From NCBI GenBank assembly GCA_025774245.1, contig JALGWI010000008.1, positions 2,525 through 66,524 of the forward strand: a stretch of 64,000 nucleotides of DNA, given 5' to 3'. The DNA comes from a bacterium. GTDB taxonomy: Bacteria; Joyebacterota; Joyebacteria; Joyebacterales; Joyebacteraceae. A program made the position numbers and the translations under genes. The notes beneath the pieces are model-generated. The model saw only the letters and a program-made list of their open reading frames with translations. It had not been told where the DNA came from and did no database searches. Below are positions 35,214-45,098 of this stretch, in pieces; positions within the stretch are counted from its first letter, which is position 1; each line of letters starts with the position of its first letter.

Positions 35214-35852
35214 ATGCTCATCGTGCTCGCAGCGGCCGTCGTGCTCGGCTCGGTGTGCCGGGCGGCCGCCGAGGAGGAGAGGAGCGGCGACCGCAGATAT
35301 CGCTCGAAGTCCTACCGACGTCAGGGCGCCGAGGTCGGCGTGGTCTTCCCACGCTACGTCTTTCCAACGGGAGACGGCTACGCGGACGAATACGAGATCG
35401 ACGGCGGGATCGGGTTCGGGTTCAGTCTCATGTTCGCGGTCACCGACGTGATCGCTCTCGAGGGAGGGATGCTCCAGACGAACCACAAGACCCCGGACGG
35501 CCAGAAGTGGGACATGGACGAGGTCTACATCGGGCTCCGCTACATCATCCTCCACGATGTGGCGTGGCAGCCGTTCGTCGGACTCGGAGGATGCCGGCTG
35601 GCGCTCGAGACCGACCAGGAAGCGCTCGCTCCCCTGGAGTTCAGACGGATCAACGGGTTCGGCGGTGTCGTCTACGCGGGCGTCGACTACATCATGTCGA
35701 GCCGGTGGACCCTGAACTTCCGGATGGACTACCACCTCCTGAGCTACGCGGACGAGACCATCGGGATCCAGAGCGACAAGCTCGATCCCAAGCTCGACGG
35801 CAGCACCCTCGGATTCTCGCTCGGGCTCTCGTACCGGGTACCGATGTTCTAG
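35214..35852 (+). CDS. Small outer-membrane beta-barrel protein (OmpW/OmpA-like porin family)
   Basis: Signal peptide. Alternating beta-strand pattern ending with the C-terminal LGLSYRVPMF, consistent with an OMP signal that ends in Phe. Confidence 0.6.
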   Translation: MLIVLAAAVVLGSVCRAAAEEERSGDRRYRSKSYRRQGAEVGVVFPRYVFPTGDGYADEYEIDGGIGFGFSLMFAVTDVIALEGGMLQTNHKTPDGQKWDMDEVYIGLRYIILHDVAWQPFVGLGGCRLALETDQEALAPLEFRRINGFGGVVYAGVDYIMSSRWTLNFRMDYHLLSYADETIGIQSDKLDPKLDGSTLGFSLGLSYRVPMF

Positions 35853-35903
35853 CCGGCCGCGCGGAAGCGTCCGGCGCGCACTGCGTTCGAAACGGGAGGA
35901 CAC

Positions 35904-36323
35904 ATGCTCGAAGCGAAGGTCCGGTGGGTCGACGGTTTCCGATTCGACGCCACGGACGCGGACGGCCGCGAGCTCGCGCTCGACGCGAGCGTTGCCGGGG
36001 GCGGGGAGGGCAAGGGCATGAGCCCCGCGCTCCTTCCGCTCATGGGGCTCGCCGGCTGCACCGGTATTGACACCCTGGAGATCCTCCAGAAGATGCGCGA
36101 GCCGGTGGCAGGGCTCGAGGTCAAGGTGTCCTCGAGGAAGAAGGAGGGCATCCCTTCCGGCTACGACGGCATAGAGGTCGAGTACGTCGTCACCGGGAAG
36201 GGGATTTCGCGGGAGAAGGTCGAGAAGGCCGTCAGGCTCTCGGAGGAGAAGTACTGCACGGTCTCGCAGGTGCTCGCGAAGGCGTCGAAGATCACGCACA
36301 CCATCACGATCGTGGAAGAGTAG
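35904..36323 (+). CDS. OsmC/Ohr family peroxiredoxin-like protein
   Basis: 139 aa. GLAGCTGIDTLEIL and EKYCTVSQ motifs with the conserved Cys pair. Confidence 0.8.
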   Translation: MLEAKVRWVDGFRFDATDADGRELALDASVAGGGEGKGMSPALLPLMGLAGCTGIDTLEILQKMREPVAGLEVKVSSRKKEGIPSGYDGIEVEYVVTGKGISREKVEKAVRLSEEKYCTVSQVLAKASKITHTITIVEE

Positions 36324-36352
36324 CGCCCGGAGGGGCGTTCAGGGAGACCGAC

Positions 36353-37723
36353 ATGAAGGATCGTCTGGAACAGGTGGTTGCGAAGTTCGCCTCGCAGTGC
36401 GACTACCTCGAGGTTCACGCGGAGGAGACCGAGGAGTCACGGGTCACGTTCAGCGGCCCGAGGCTCGAGGACCTCGGGAAGAAGGTGGATTTCGGCGGGA
36501 ACGTGCGCGCTCTCTACAAGGGGGGCTGGGGGTTCGCGTCGTTCAACTCGGTCGACCGGATCGGCGAGTTCGCGCAGAACGCGATCGATCAGGCGAAGCT
36601 CGTCGGAGCGGAGACGAGCGAGTTGGCGAAGACGGATCCGGTGCGCGACGACGTGCTGCTCGATCTCAAGAACGACCCGCGCACGATCTCGCTCGAGAAG
36701 AAGGTCGAGATCCTGAAGGCATACAACGAGCAGGCGCTCGGGTATCACGAGCGCATCGTCAGCTCGTCGACGAGGTACTTCGACCGGAACCGGAAGTTCT
36801 GGTTCGCCAACAGCGAGGGGAGTCTCGTCTACCAGGAGCGCGTCGACATCGGTGGCATGGTTGCGCCGATCGCGATGAAGGGCGGAGACTCGCAGTACTT
36901 CGGGGTGCCGTTCGGGTCGAGCGACGACTTCAACGTCGCGCTCGGGCTAGAGAAGCGGATCGACGAGGTCTGCGAGATCTCGCTCGGCAAGCTCGAGGCT
37001 CCGAAGGTCAAGGGCGGCGAGTACACCGTCATCCTCGATCCGCGCCTCGGCGGGACGTTCATCCACGAAGCCTTCGGCCACCTCTCGGAGGCCGACAACG
37101 TCTACGAGGACAAGAATCTCCAGAAGGTCATGCAGCTCGGTCGCGAGTTCGGCAGGCCGTTCCTGAACGTCTACGACACGGGACTCGACAAGGGGCACCG
37201 CGGCTATCTCGTCTACGACGACGAGGGCGTCCCCACCGAGAAGACCTACCTCCTCCGCGAGGGCAAGCTCGTCGGGAGGCTCCACTCGCGCGAGACCGCG
37301 GGGAAGATGGGCGAGCGCCCGACCGGAAACGCGCGCCAGATCGACTACCGCCACGAGCCGGTCTGCCGGATGCGGAACACGTGCATCGAGAACGGTGAAG
37401 CGAGCTTCGACGAGATGCTCGCCGGCATCGACCTCGGCGTCTACTGCGTCTCCGCGCAGGGCGGCCAGACGAACGGCGAGATGTTCACGTTCACGGCGGG
37501 GAACGCCTACATGATCAGGGACGGCAAGCTCGCAGAGATGGTCCGCGACGTGACCCTGACGGGGAACGTGTTCGTCACGCTCAAGAACATCGACGCGCTC
37601 GGGAACGACCAGGCCGCGCACGACGGCCCGGGCGGCTGCGGCAAGGCCGGGCAGTTCCCGCTCCAGACGAGCCACGGGGCGCCGCACGTGCGGATCCGGA
37701 ACGTCGTGATCGGAGGTGAGTAA
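36353..37723 (+). CDS. tldD: TldD-family metalloprotease
   Basis: HEAFGHLSEAD (HExxxH) motif. 456 aa. Confidence 0.85.
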   Translation: MKDRLEQVVAKFASQCDYLEVHAEETEESRVTFSGPRLEDLGKKVDFGGNVRALYKGGWGFASFNSVDRIGEFAQNAIDQAKLVGAETSELAKTDPVRDDVLLDLKNDPRTISLEKKVEILKAYNEQALGYHERIVSSSTRYFDRNRKFWFANSEGSLVYQERVDIGGMVAPIAMKGGDSQYFGVPFGSSDDFNVALGLEKRIDEVCEISLGKLEAPKVKGGEYTVILDPRLGGTFIHEAFGHLSEADNVYEDKNLQKVMQLGREFGRPFLNVYDTGLDKGHRGYLVYDDEGVPTEKTYLLREGKLVGRLHSRETAGKMGERPTGNARQIDYRHEPVCRMRNTCIENGEASFDEMLAGIDLGVYCVSAQGGQTNGEMFTFTAGNAYMIRDGKLAEMVRDVTLTGNVFVTLKNIDALGNDQAAHDGPGGCGKAGQFPLQTSHGAPHVRIRNVVIGGE

Positions 37724-39068
37724 CGTGAGGGAGATCATCGAAAAGGCGATGGCGAAGGGCGCTTCGAGCTGCGAGGTCTTCTATCTCAACTCCCTCAGGA
37801 CCTCCGTCGACTTCGAGACCGGGCGCCTGAAGGGCGTCGGGCGCACCGAGGAGAGAGGCGCGACGCTCAGGCTTGTGAAGGACGGGCGGATGGGGCTCGC
37901 GACGAGCACGAAGCTGGACGAAGTCGACCGGCTGGTCGACGACGCGCTGGCCACCTCAGCCTTCGGCGGGAAGGCGGAGATCGAATTCGCCGGCGCCGCG
38001 ACGCTGCCCGGCGTCGAGACGGCACACGACGACGTCGAGAACCTCGACATCGACCGCGTGATCGAGGAGTCGCAGGCGGAGATCGCGAGGATCCTCGACT
38101 ACGAGGGTGAGATCAACGCCGAGGCGTCGACGCTCCGGGACGTCCAGGAGATCCGCGTGCTCACGTCGGAGGGGTTCGACGGGAGCTTCAAGCGGACGCT
38201 CTACCGGCACCACGCCGGCGGGCGGCTCATTGAGGGCGACAACATGCTGGACGCCTACGCCTACTTCGGCGGGACGAACCTCGACGCGCGACGCGACATC
38301 ATCGCCGAGGTGATCGAGGACTTCGAGAACGGGCGCACGAACGTCGGCGTGTCGACGGGGCCGACGAACGTGCTCTTCACGCCGAGGGCGGTCGCCGACG
38401 TCCTCATGACGCTCTATCTCGGCGTCTCCGGCGCGATGGTCGACAGGAAGATCTCGCCCCTGGCGGGGAAGCTCGGCCAGACCGTCTTCGACGAGCGCGT
38501 CACGATCTACGACGATGGGCTCGCGAAGGGCGCGTACGAGTCGGCGCCGTTCGATGACGAGGGCGTGCCGATGCAGCGCACACCGGTCTTCGAGTCCGGC
38601 GTGCTCAAGAACTTCCTGACGGACCTCCGCACGGCCCGGAAGCTCGACCTGCCCCTGACGGGCAACGCGCTCCGCGCCAAGCGGCTCGTGCTGACGAAGG
38701 ACCTGGGCAAGGTGCCCTCTCCCGAGGTCACGAACTGGCGGATGGAGGGCGGGACGAAGTCGAGCGACGAGCTCCTGGCGGGCATGAAGGAGGGCGTCAT
38801 CATCGACTCCATCATGGGCATCCTCATGAGCAATCTCACTGCCGGCGACTTCTCCGGCAACGTCGCGTACGGGCTCAAGGTCGAGAACGGGAAGACCGTC
38901 GGCCGCGTGAAGGACACGATGGTCTCGGGGAACGTCTACAAGCTCTTGAGGGACAACCTGCTCGATCTCTCGAGCGACACCAAGCTCACGGGGAGGCTCG
39001 GCGTCTTCGGGACGCACCACTTCCCGTATATGCTTCTGAAGGACGTGCCGATCTCGACGAAGGGGTAG
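37716..39068 (+). CDS. pmbA: PmbA/TldE-family protein (TldD partner)
   Basis: 450-aa TldD/PmbA-fold protein lacking HExxxH. Overlaps the tldD stop. Confidence 0.8.
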   Translation: MSNVREIIEKAMAKGASSCEVFYLNSLRTSVDFETGRLKGVGRTEERGATLRLVKDGRMGLATSTKLDEVDRLVDDALATSAFGGKAEIEFAGAATLPGVETAHDDVENLDIDRVIEESQAEIARILDYEGEINAEASTLRDVQEIRVLTSEGFDGSFKRTLYRHHAGGRLIEGDNMLDAYAYFGGTNLDARRDIIAEVIEDFENGRTNVGVSTGPTNVLFTPRAVADVLMTLYLGVSGAMVDRKISPLAGKLGQTVFDERVTIYDDGLAKGAYESAPFDDEGVPMQRTPVFESGVLKNFLTDLRTARKLDLPLTGNALRAKRLVLTKDLGKVPSPEVTNWRMEGGTKSSDELLAGMKEGVIIDSIMGILMSNLTAGDFSGNVAYGLKVENGKTVGRVKDTMVSGNVYKLLRDNLLDLSSDTKLTGRLGVFGTHHFPYMLLKDVPISTKG

Positions 39069-39100
39069 GGTCGACGACAGCGCCTTCGACTGCACCCACT

Positions 39101-39140
39101 CCGGGCCGCGTCCACTGCGACGCGGCCCGGCTCTCTTTGC
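39101..39140 (+). terminator. Rho-independent terminator downstream of tldD-pmbA
   Basis: Perfect 12-bp stem CCGGGCCGCGTC / GACGCGGCCCGG, loop CACTGC, followed by CTCTCTTTG. Confidence 0.55.
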
Positions 39141-39421
39141 GCCGCCCGGCGCCCGGATTCCGCACAAGTCGTCCTTGAACTCCACGCGTGGGATGGTAGC
39201 GTGGAGTCCGTCGTGCGCGCGGTCTCCGATGGGCCGACCCGCGCGCCGGAACGCTCCGTGGCGCTCAAGCGAATACCCGCTTGCACACCGTGTATATGAT
39301 GGTAGCTTCGGGTTGCTGGAGCGACTCGGGGTCGTCGGAGGAACCCGGGCGCGCTGCGTCGGGGCTCCGACCCCGATGCACATGTGGCGATCCCCCTGTC
39401 GGGGCACACACGGAGGCGAGA

Positions 39422-41326
39422 ATGCGGGTGATACGCGCAACATTCCTCATCATCCTTGCGGCTGTAGTGCTCGTGTGTGGAGCATCGCTCCCCGCGGCCG
39501 CCAAGGACTACCGAGTCACGAAGGTCCACATCGACGCCACCGTCCGTCCGGACGGGAGTTTCGCGTTCCTCGAGAAACGGACCTTCAAGTTCGACGACGA
39601 CTTCACGTTCGCCTTCTACAAGGTCGAGAAGGCGCGCACCGCGGGAGGAGGGCGGGTCGACATCACCGACTTCGTCGTGGGGGAGGCCGGACGGCCGTAC
39701 AGGCTGGGAACGCAGCGCGAGCTCGACGATCCGAGGACTCCCGATTCGTACTGGGTCTCCTACGACTACGAGGGCGACTCGGTCTACGGGAAGTGGTTCT
39801 ACCGCGCCGACGACGAGGAACGGACGTTCGACATCTCCTACGTGGTCCACGACGCCGTGACCGTCTTCGACGACTTCGCCATGCTCTACTGGAAGTTCAT
39901 CGGCGACGACTGGGACAAGGGCGTGAGGGAGGTGACCGGCACGATCCACCTCCCGCCCGGCGCCGACCGCGACCGCGTGCGCGCGTGGCTCCACACGACG
40001 CTCACGAGCGAGTACTGGATCCAGGACGAGCGCACCATCGGTTTCCGCGTCGACAACCTGCCGGCGAGGACGTTCGTCGAGATGCGGGTCCTCTTCCCGC
40101 CCGAGCTCGTTCCGCAGTCGAGGACACGCGGGTCGGGCGCGATCTGGGACACGGTGTACGCGGAGGAGTCGGAGTGGGTCGAGGACGCCAACCGCCGTCG
40201 CGAGCGGGCGCAGGTCGCCGTCGAGAACTGGCGGAAGAGGCGCGAGGCCGCGCGGGTGATCGGTCCCTTGATCGCCGCCATCGTCCTCCTCATCTGGGGG
40301 TTCATCTTCTCGCGCTTCGGTCGCGAGCACGATGTCACGTTCGACGGCGACTACTACCGCGAGCTTCCCTCGGAGCGACCGCCGGCCGAGGTCGGGTACA
40401 TCATGAGCTCGGGCTACGTCGGCTCCGGCGACATGGTGGCCACCATCATGGACCTGGCACGAAGAGGCTACCTCAGGATCGAGGAGATCCACCACGACGA
40501 CCGCGGGCTCCTCGAGAAGCTCGGCGGCCTGCCGGAGTACGACTACATGCTCGAGTGGTTGAAGAGGGACGTCTCGGAGCTCACCGACTACGAGAGCACC
40601 CTGCTCGTTCGCCTCTTCTCGTCCAAGTCGTCGCTCGACGGTCGCCTCTCGCTCCACGAGTTCAAGAAGGAGGCGCAGAAGAACTCGCACGAGTTCCTGA
40701 GGTGGTTCCGCACGTGGAAGAAGCGCGTCACGAAGACGGCCGAGCAGGAGGGGATCCTCGAGAAGCAGAGCTCGAAGATGGCGATCATCGCCATCTTCGT
40801 CGGGATACTCGGCGCGCTGGGCGGTGGTCTGACGTCCGCGCTGTCGCAGTCTATCTGGGGGATCCCGGCGTTCATCGTCGGCATCCTCGTCGTCATCCTC
40901 TCCTCGCTCATCAAGAGGAGGAGCCCGGAGGCGGGCCTCGAGTTCAAGAAGTGGAAGGCGCTCAAGCGTTACCTCCTCCACTTCTCCACGCTCGACGAGG
41001 CGCCGACGGCATCGCTCGTGCTCTGGGAGCACTTCCTCGTTTACGCGGTCACGCTCGGCGTCGCGAAGGAGGTCCTGAAGCAGCTCGAGCGCTTCATCCC
41101 GCAGCTCGAACAGGCCGCGGGGCGCCCGTTCGCGGCGGGATGGTACGTCGGCTCACAGGCCAGGCTGAGCGAGGGCGTCGGCGGCAGCATCGCTGGACTC
41201 TCCGAGGGGCTCACGAGCATGGTGGCCGTCGCAGGTAGCGCCATGAGCACGGCGAGCGGAACCGGAGGCGGCGGCACCGGTGGTGGTGGCGGTGGCGGTG
41301 GTGGCGGTGGTGGCGGCGCGGGCTAG
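39422..41326 (+). CDS. DUF2207-like membrane protein (extracytoplasmic N-domain, transmembrane segments, Gly-rich C-terminal tail)
   Basis: Signal/transmembrane MRVIRATFLIILAAVV, large N-domain, two transmembrane helices near aa 270 and 470, terminal GTGGGGTGGGGGGGGGGGGGAG. The ATG at 39422 has an upstream GGAGG. Confidence 0.7.
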   Translation: MRVIRATFLIILAAVVLVCGASLPAAAKDYRVTKVHIDATVRPDGSFAFLEKRTFKFDDDFTFAFYKVEKARTAGGGRVDITDFVVGEAGRPYRLGTQRELDDPRTPDSYWVSYDYEGDSVYGKWFYRADDEERTFDISYVVHDAVTVFDDFAMLYWKFIGDDWDKGVREVTGTIHLPPGADRDRVRAWLHTTLTSEYWIQDERTIGFRVDNLPARTFVEMRVLFPPELVPQSRTRGSGAIWDTVYAEESEWVEDANRRRERAQVAVENWRKRREAARVIGPLIAAIVLLIWGFIFSRFGREHDVTFDGDYYRELPSERPPAEVGYIMSSGYVGSGDMVATIMDLARRGYLRIEEIHHDDRGLLEKLGGLPEYDYMLEWLKRDVSELTDYESTLLVRLFSSKSSLDGRLSLHEFKKEAQKNSHEFLRWFRTWKKRVTKTAEQEGILEKQSSKMAIIAIFVGILGALGGGLTSALSQSIWGIPAFIVGILVVILSSLIKRRSPEAGLEFKKWKALKRYLLHFSTLDEAPTASLVLWEHFLVYAVTLGVAKEVLKQLERFIPQLEQAAGRPFAAGWYVGSQARLSEGVGGSIAGLSEGLTSMVAVAGSAMSTASGTGGGGTGGGGGGGGGGGGGAG

Positions 41327-41328
41327 CG

Positions 41329-41760
41329 ATGGTGGAGCGCCCCACATACGACGAGATCGAGCACACGGCTGACGTCGGCGTCGCGCTCAGCGCACCCGAC
41401 CTGCGGTCGGCCTTCGAGCTTGCGGCCGCATCGATGTTCGACCTCATGTTCGATCTCGACAGCATCGGATCGTCGTGGCGGCGCGAGATCAGGGTCGAGG
41501 GCCGCGAGGGCGACCTCGAGAACCTCCTGATCCGCTGGCTCGCAGAACTCCTCTTCATCTTCGAGACGGAGCGCGTCCTGCTCTCGACGTTCGCCGTCGC
41601 CCGGCTCGAGGACGGGGTCGTCGAGGCCCTCGTGGTCGGCGAGCCGTACGACGCGGCGAGGCACGCCGTGAAGGTCGAGATCAAGGCGGCGACCTACCAC
41701 GAACTCACGATCGAGGAGACCGACGGCGGCTGGACGGTGCGCGTGATCTTCGACACGTAG
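41329..41760 (+). CDS. Archease (RtcB activator)
   Basis: YDEIEHTADVGV N-terminal archease signature. 143 aa. Immediately upstream of rtcB. Confidence 0.8.
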   Translation: MVERPTYDEIEHTADVGVALSAPDLRSAFELAAASMFDLMFDLDSIGSSWRREIRVEGREGDLENLLIRWLAELLFIFETERVLLSTFAVARLEDGVVEALVVGEPYDAARHAVKVEIKAATYHELTIEETDGGWTVRVIFDT

Positions 41761-41853
41761 GCGGCGGGCACCGACGGCGGGGACGGTCCCGCGACGGTCC
41801 CGCGGACGGCCGCACGGACGCCCGCGCGGCGCCGGCACCGGCAACACGAGGGG

Positions 41854-43317
41854 GTGAACCGGGTGACGCACTACATGCACGGCATGGAGAGACGGAGCGA
41901 ATGCGTCTGGGAGATCCCGCGGGCGGGCGGCATGCGCGTGCCCGGGAGGATCTACGCGGACGACAAGCTCATGGAGCTCATCCGGAAGGAGAAGGCGGTC
42001 GACCAGGTCGCGAACGTCGCGCATCTCAATGGGATCGTCGGCGCCTCGCTCGCGATGCCGGACATCCACTGGGGCTACGGGTTTCCGATCGGCGGCGTCG
42101 CGGCGACCGACCCGGCGCAGGGCGGCGTCATCTCACCGGGCGGCGTCGGCTACGACATCAACTGCGGCGTGCGGCTCATCACGACGGCGCTCGAACGGGA
42201 GGAGATCGAGGATCGCATCCCGAGGCTCGTGAAGGCGCTCTTCCGGGACGTTCCGTGCGGCCTCGGCTCGCACGGCGCGATCGGGAAGCTCTCGAAGAAG
42301 GAGCTCGAAGAGGTCGCGGTCGGTGGATCCGAGTGGGCCGTCCGGAAGGGCTTCGGCACCAAGGCCGACCTCGACCACACGGAGGAGGGCGGCCGCCTCC
42401 GGATGGCCGACCCGTCGAAGGTGGGGCCGCGCGCGATCGAGCGCGGGCGCGACCAGGTCGGGACGCTCGGTTCCGGCAACCACTTCATAGAGATCGACGT
42501 CGTCGACGAGATCTTCGACGAGGCGACCGCGGCGGCCTTCCGTCTCCGCAAGGGCGGCATCGTCATCCAGATCCACTCGGGGTCGCGCGGGTTCGGATAC
42601 CAGGTCTGCGACGACTACCTCGAGGTCATGCAGGGCGCCGTGTCCAAGTACGGCATCACGCTCCCGGACCGCCAGCTCGCGTGCGCGCCCGTCGAGACGC
42701 CCGAGGGGCAGCGCTACCTCGCGGCGATGGCGTGCGCCGCGAACTACGCGTGGGCGAACCGGCAGGTGATGATGGCGCTCGCGAAACGCTCGTTCGCGAA
42801 GACGCTCTGCGCGAGCGAGCAGAAGCTCGGCCTCTCTCTCCTCTACGACGTCTGCCACAACATCGCGAAGCTCGAGACCCACGAGGTCGACGGCCGACCG
42901 ACCACGCTCTGCGTCCACAGGAAGGGCGCCACGCGCGCGTTTCCCGCGGGACATCCCGACGTCCCCGACAGCTACCGCTCCGTCGGCCAGCCGGTGCTCG
43001 TGCCGGGCGACATGGGGACGCACTCGTACGTGTGCGTCGGGACCGACGCCGCCATGCGCGAGACGTTCGGGAGCACGTGCCACGGAGCCGGACGCGTCCT
43101 CTCGCGCTCGAAGGCGAAGAAGGCCGCGGCGGGGAGGAACCTCGAGCAGGAGCTCTCGAAGATGGGCGTCTTCGTGATGGCGACCGGCAAGCGGACGCTC
43201 GCGGAGGAGATGCCCGACGCCTACAAGAACGTGACCGACGTGGTCGGCGTGATGGAGCGAGCCGGGATAGCCCGCCAGGTTGCCCGCCTGACGCCGCTCG
43301 GCGTCATCAAGGGATGA
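41854..43317 (+). CDS. rtcB: RNA-splicing ligase RtcB
   Basis: GYDINCGVRL, HSGSRGFG and CHNIA motifs. 487 aa. Confidence 0.9.
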   Translation: MNRVTHYMHGMERRSECVWEIPRAGGMRVPGRIYADDKLMELIRKEKAVDQVANVAHLNGIVGASLAMPDIHWGYGFPIGGVAATDPAQGGVISPGGVGYDINCGVRLITTALEREEIEDRIPRLVKALFRDVPCGLGSHGAIGKLSKKELEEVAVGGSEWAVRKGFGTKADLDHTEEGGRLRMADPSKVGPRAIERGRDQVGTLGSGNHFIEIDVVDEIFDEATAAAFRLRKGGIVIQIHSGSRGFGYQVCDDYLEVMQGAVSKYGITLPDRQLACAPVETPEGQRYLAAMACAANYAWANRQVMMALAKRSFAKTLCASEQKLGLSLLYDVCHNIAKLETHEVDGRPTTLCVHRKGATRAFPAGHPDVPDSYRSVGQPVLVPGDMGTHSYVCVGTDAAMRETFGSTCHGAGRVLSRSKAKKAAAGRNLEQELSKMGVFVMATGKRTLAEEMPDAYKNVTDVVGVMERAGIARQVARLTPLGVIKG

Positions 43318-43318
43318 G

Positions 43319-45031
43319 ATGAAGAACCGCGAGATCGCGACGATCTTCGAATCGCTCGCCGACATCCTCGAGATCAAGGGAGAGAACGCGTTCCGCGTGA
43401 ACGCGTACCACAGGGTGTCGCGCATCATCGGCGACCTTCCGACCGACGTGGCCGACCTCGTCGAGTCCGGCGAGATCACGGAGATCGCAGGTATCGGCGC
43501 GGGGACCGCCGGACAGCTCGCCGAGTATCTCGAGACCGGGAGGATCACGAGGTACGAGGAGGCGAAGAAGAGCATCCCGAAGGGACTGATCGAGCTCCTG
43601 TCGGTTCCGGGCCTCGGCCCCAAGACGATCGGTCTCGTCTGGAACGATCTGAACGTCAAGTCGCTCGCAGGCCTCAAGAGGGCGCTCCGCGGCGGGAAGA
43701 TCCTCGACCTCCCCGGCATGGGGAAGAAGAAGGTCGAGAACATCCAGAAGGGGATCAGCGCCTACGAGTCGCGGTCCGGGCGGCTCACGCTCGGCGCGAT
43801 CCTGCCGACCGCCGAGGAGATCGTCGAGTACCTGAAGGAGACCACCGGCGTCTCCGACGTGAGCCTCGCAGGATCGACGCGCAGGTACCGCGAGACGATC
43901 GGCGACATCGACGTGCTCGCGTTCAGCAGAAAGCCCGCGGCCGTCATCGAGGCGTTCACCGGAATGCCCGGCGTCAAAGAGGTCCTCGCTGCCGGAACGA
44001 CGAAGGCGAGCGTTCGCGTGTCGGGCGCCATGCAGGTCGACCTCAGGGTCGTCCCGCCGGACTCCGCTGGCGCCGCGCTCATGTACTTCACGGGATCGAA
44101 GGACCACAACGTCCGCCTCCGCGGGCTCGCCCAGGAGAAGGGCCTGAAGCTGAACGAGTACGGGCTCTTCAAGGGCGACCGGCGCGTCGCCGGGAAGACC
44201 GAGGAGGCGGTCTTCCGGAGGCTCGGGCTCCCGTTCATCCCGCCGGAGCTCCGCGAGGACAGGGGAGAGGTCGAGGCGGCGCTCGAGGGCGAGCTCCCGG
44301 ACCTCGTCGAGAGGGAAGACATCCGCGGCGACCTCCACGTCCACTCGAACTGGAGCGACGGCTACGCGACGATCGAGGAGGTCGCCCGCGCGGCGAAGGC
44401 GCAGGGACACCAGTACGTCTCGATCAACGACCACACCCGATCGCTCGGCATCGCGCACGGGCTCTCGATCGAGCGGATCGAGAAGCAGCTCAAGGAGATC
44501 GCGAAGGTCAACAAAAAGATCAAGGGGATCACGGTGCTCTCCGGCACCGAGGTAGACATCCTCTCGGACGGGCGGCTCGACTTCCCGGACAAGCTCCTCG
44601 CGCGGCTCGACGTCGTGGTCGCGTCGGTCCACAGCGGGTTCGCGCAGTCGAGCGACCGGATCACGGGCAGGATAGTCTCGGCGATGGAGAACCCGCACGT
44701 CGACATCATCGGCCACCCGACGGGACGGCTCCTCGGGACGCGGGAGCCGTACGCCGTCGACCTCGAGCGGGTCATGGAGGTCGCGGCGGAGACCGGGACG
44801 GCGCTCGAGATCAACGCCTACTACGAGCGTCTCGATCTCAACGGTGTCAACGTGCGGAGGGCGGTCGAGCTCGGCGCCACGATCGCAATCGGCACCGACT
44901 CCCACCACATCGACCAGCTCTGGATGATGGACCTCGGCGTGCACACCGCGCGCCGCGGCTGGCTCACGAAGAAGTCCCTCCTGAACACACTCACGAAGAG
45001 CGCGCTCCTGAAGAGACTCGGGCGGAAATAG
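43319..45031 (+). CDS. polX: DNA polymerase/3'-5' exonuclease PolX (Pol beta-like domain plus PHP domain)
   Basis: Helix-hairpin-helix and nucleotidyltransferase region (GSTRRYRETIGDIDVL). C-terminal PHP with His clusters (HVHSNWSDG, HSGF, GTDSH). Confidence 0.85.
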   Translation: MKNREIATIFESLADILEIKGENAFRVNAYHRVSRIIGDLPTDVADLVESGEITEIAGIGAGTAGQLAEYLETGRITRYEEAKKSIPKGLIELLSVPGLGPKTIGLVWNDLNVKSLAGLKRALRGGKILDLPGMGKKKVENIQKGISAYESRSGRLTLGAILPTAEEIVEYLKETTGVSDVSLAGSTRRYRETIGDIDVLAFSRKPAAVIEAFTGMPGVKEVLAAGTTKASVRVSGAMQVDLRVVPPDSAGAALMYFTGSKDHNVRLRGLAQEKGLKLNEYGLFKGDRRVAGKTEEAVFRRLGLPFIPPELREDRGEVEAALEGELPDLVEREDIRGDLHVHSNWSDGYATIEEVARAAKAQGHQYVSINDHTRSLGIAHGLSIERIEKQLKEIAKVNKKIKGITVLSGTEVDILSDGRLDFPDKLLARLDVVVASVHSGFAQSSDRITGRIVSAMENPHVDIIGHPTGRLLGTREPYAVDLERVMEVAAETGTALEINAYYERLDLNGVNVRRAVELGATIAIGTDSHHIDQLWMMDLGVHTARRGWLTKKSLLNTLTKSALLKRLGRK

Positions 45032-45098
45032 CCGTCAGGCCCGGGGCCCGAACGTCACGCTCAGTGACGCGTCGATGACGGGCTACGTCTATGATGGC

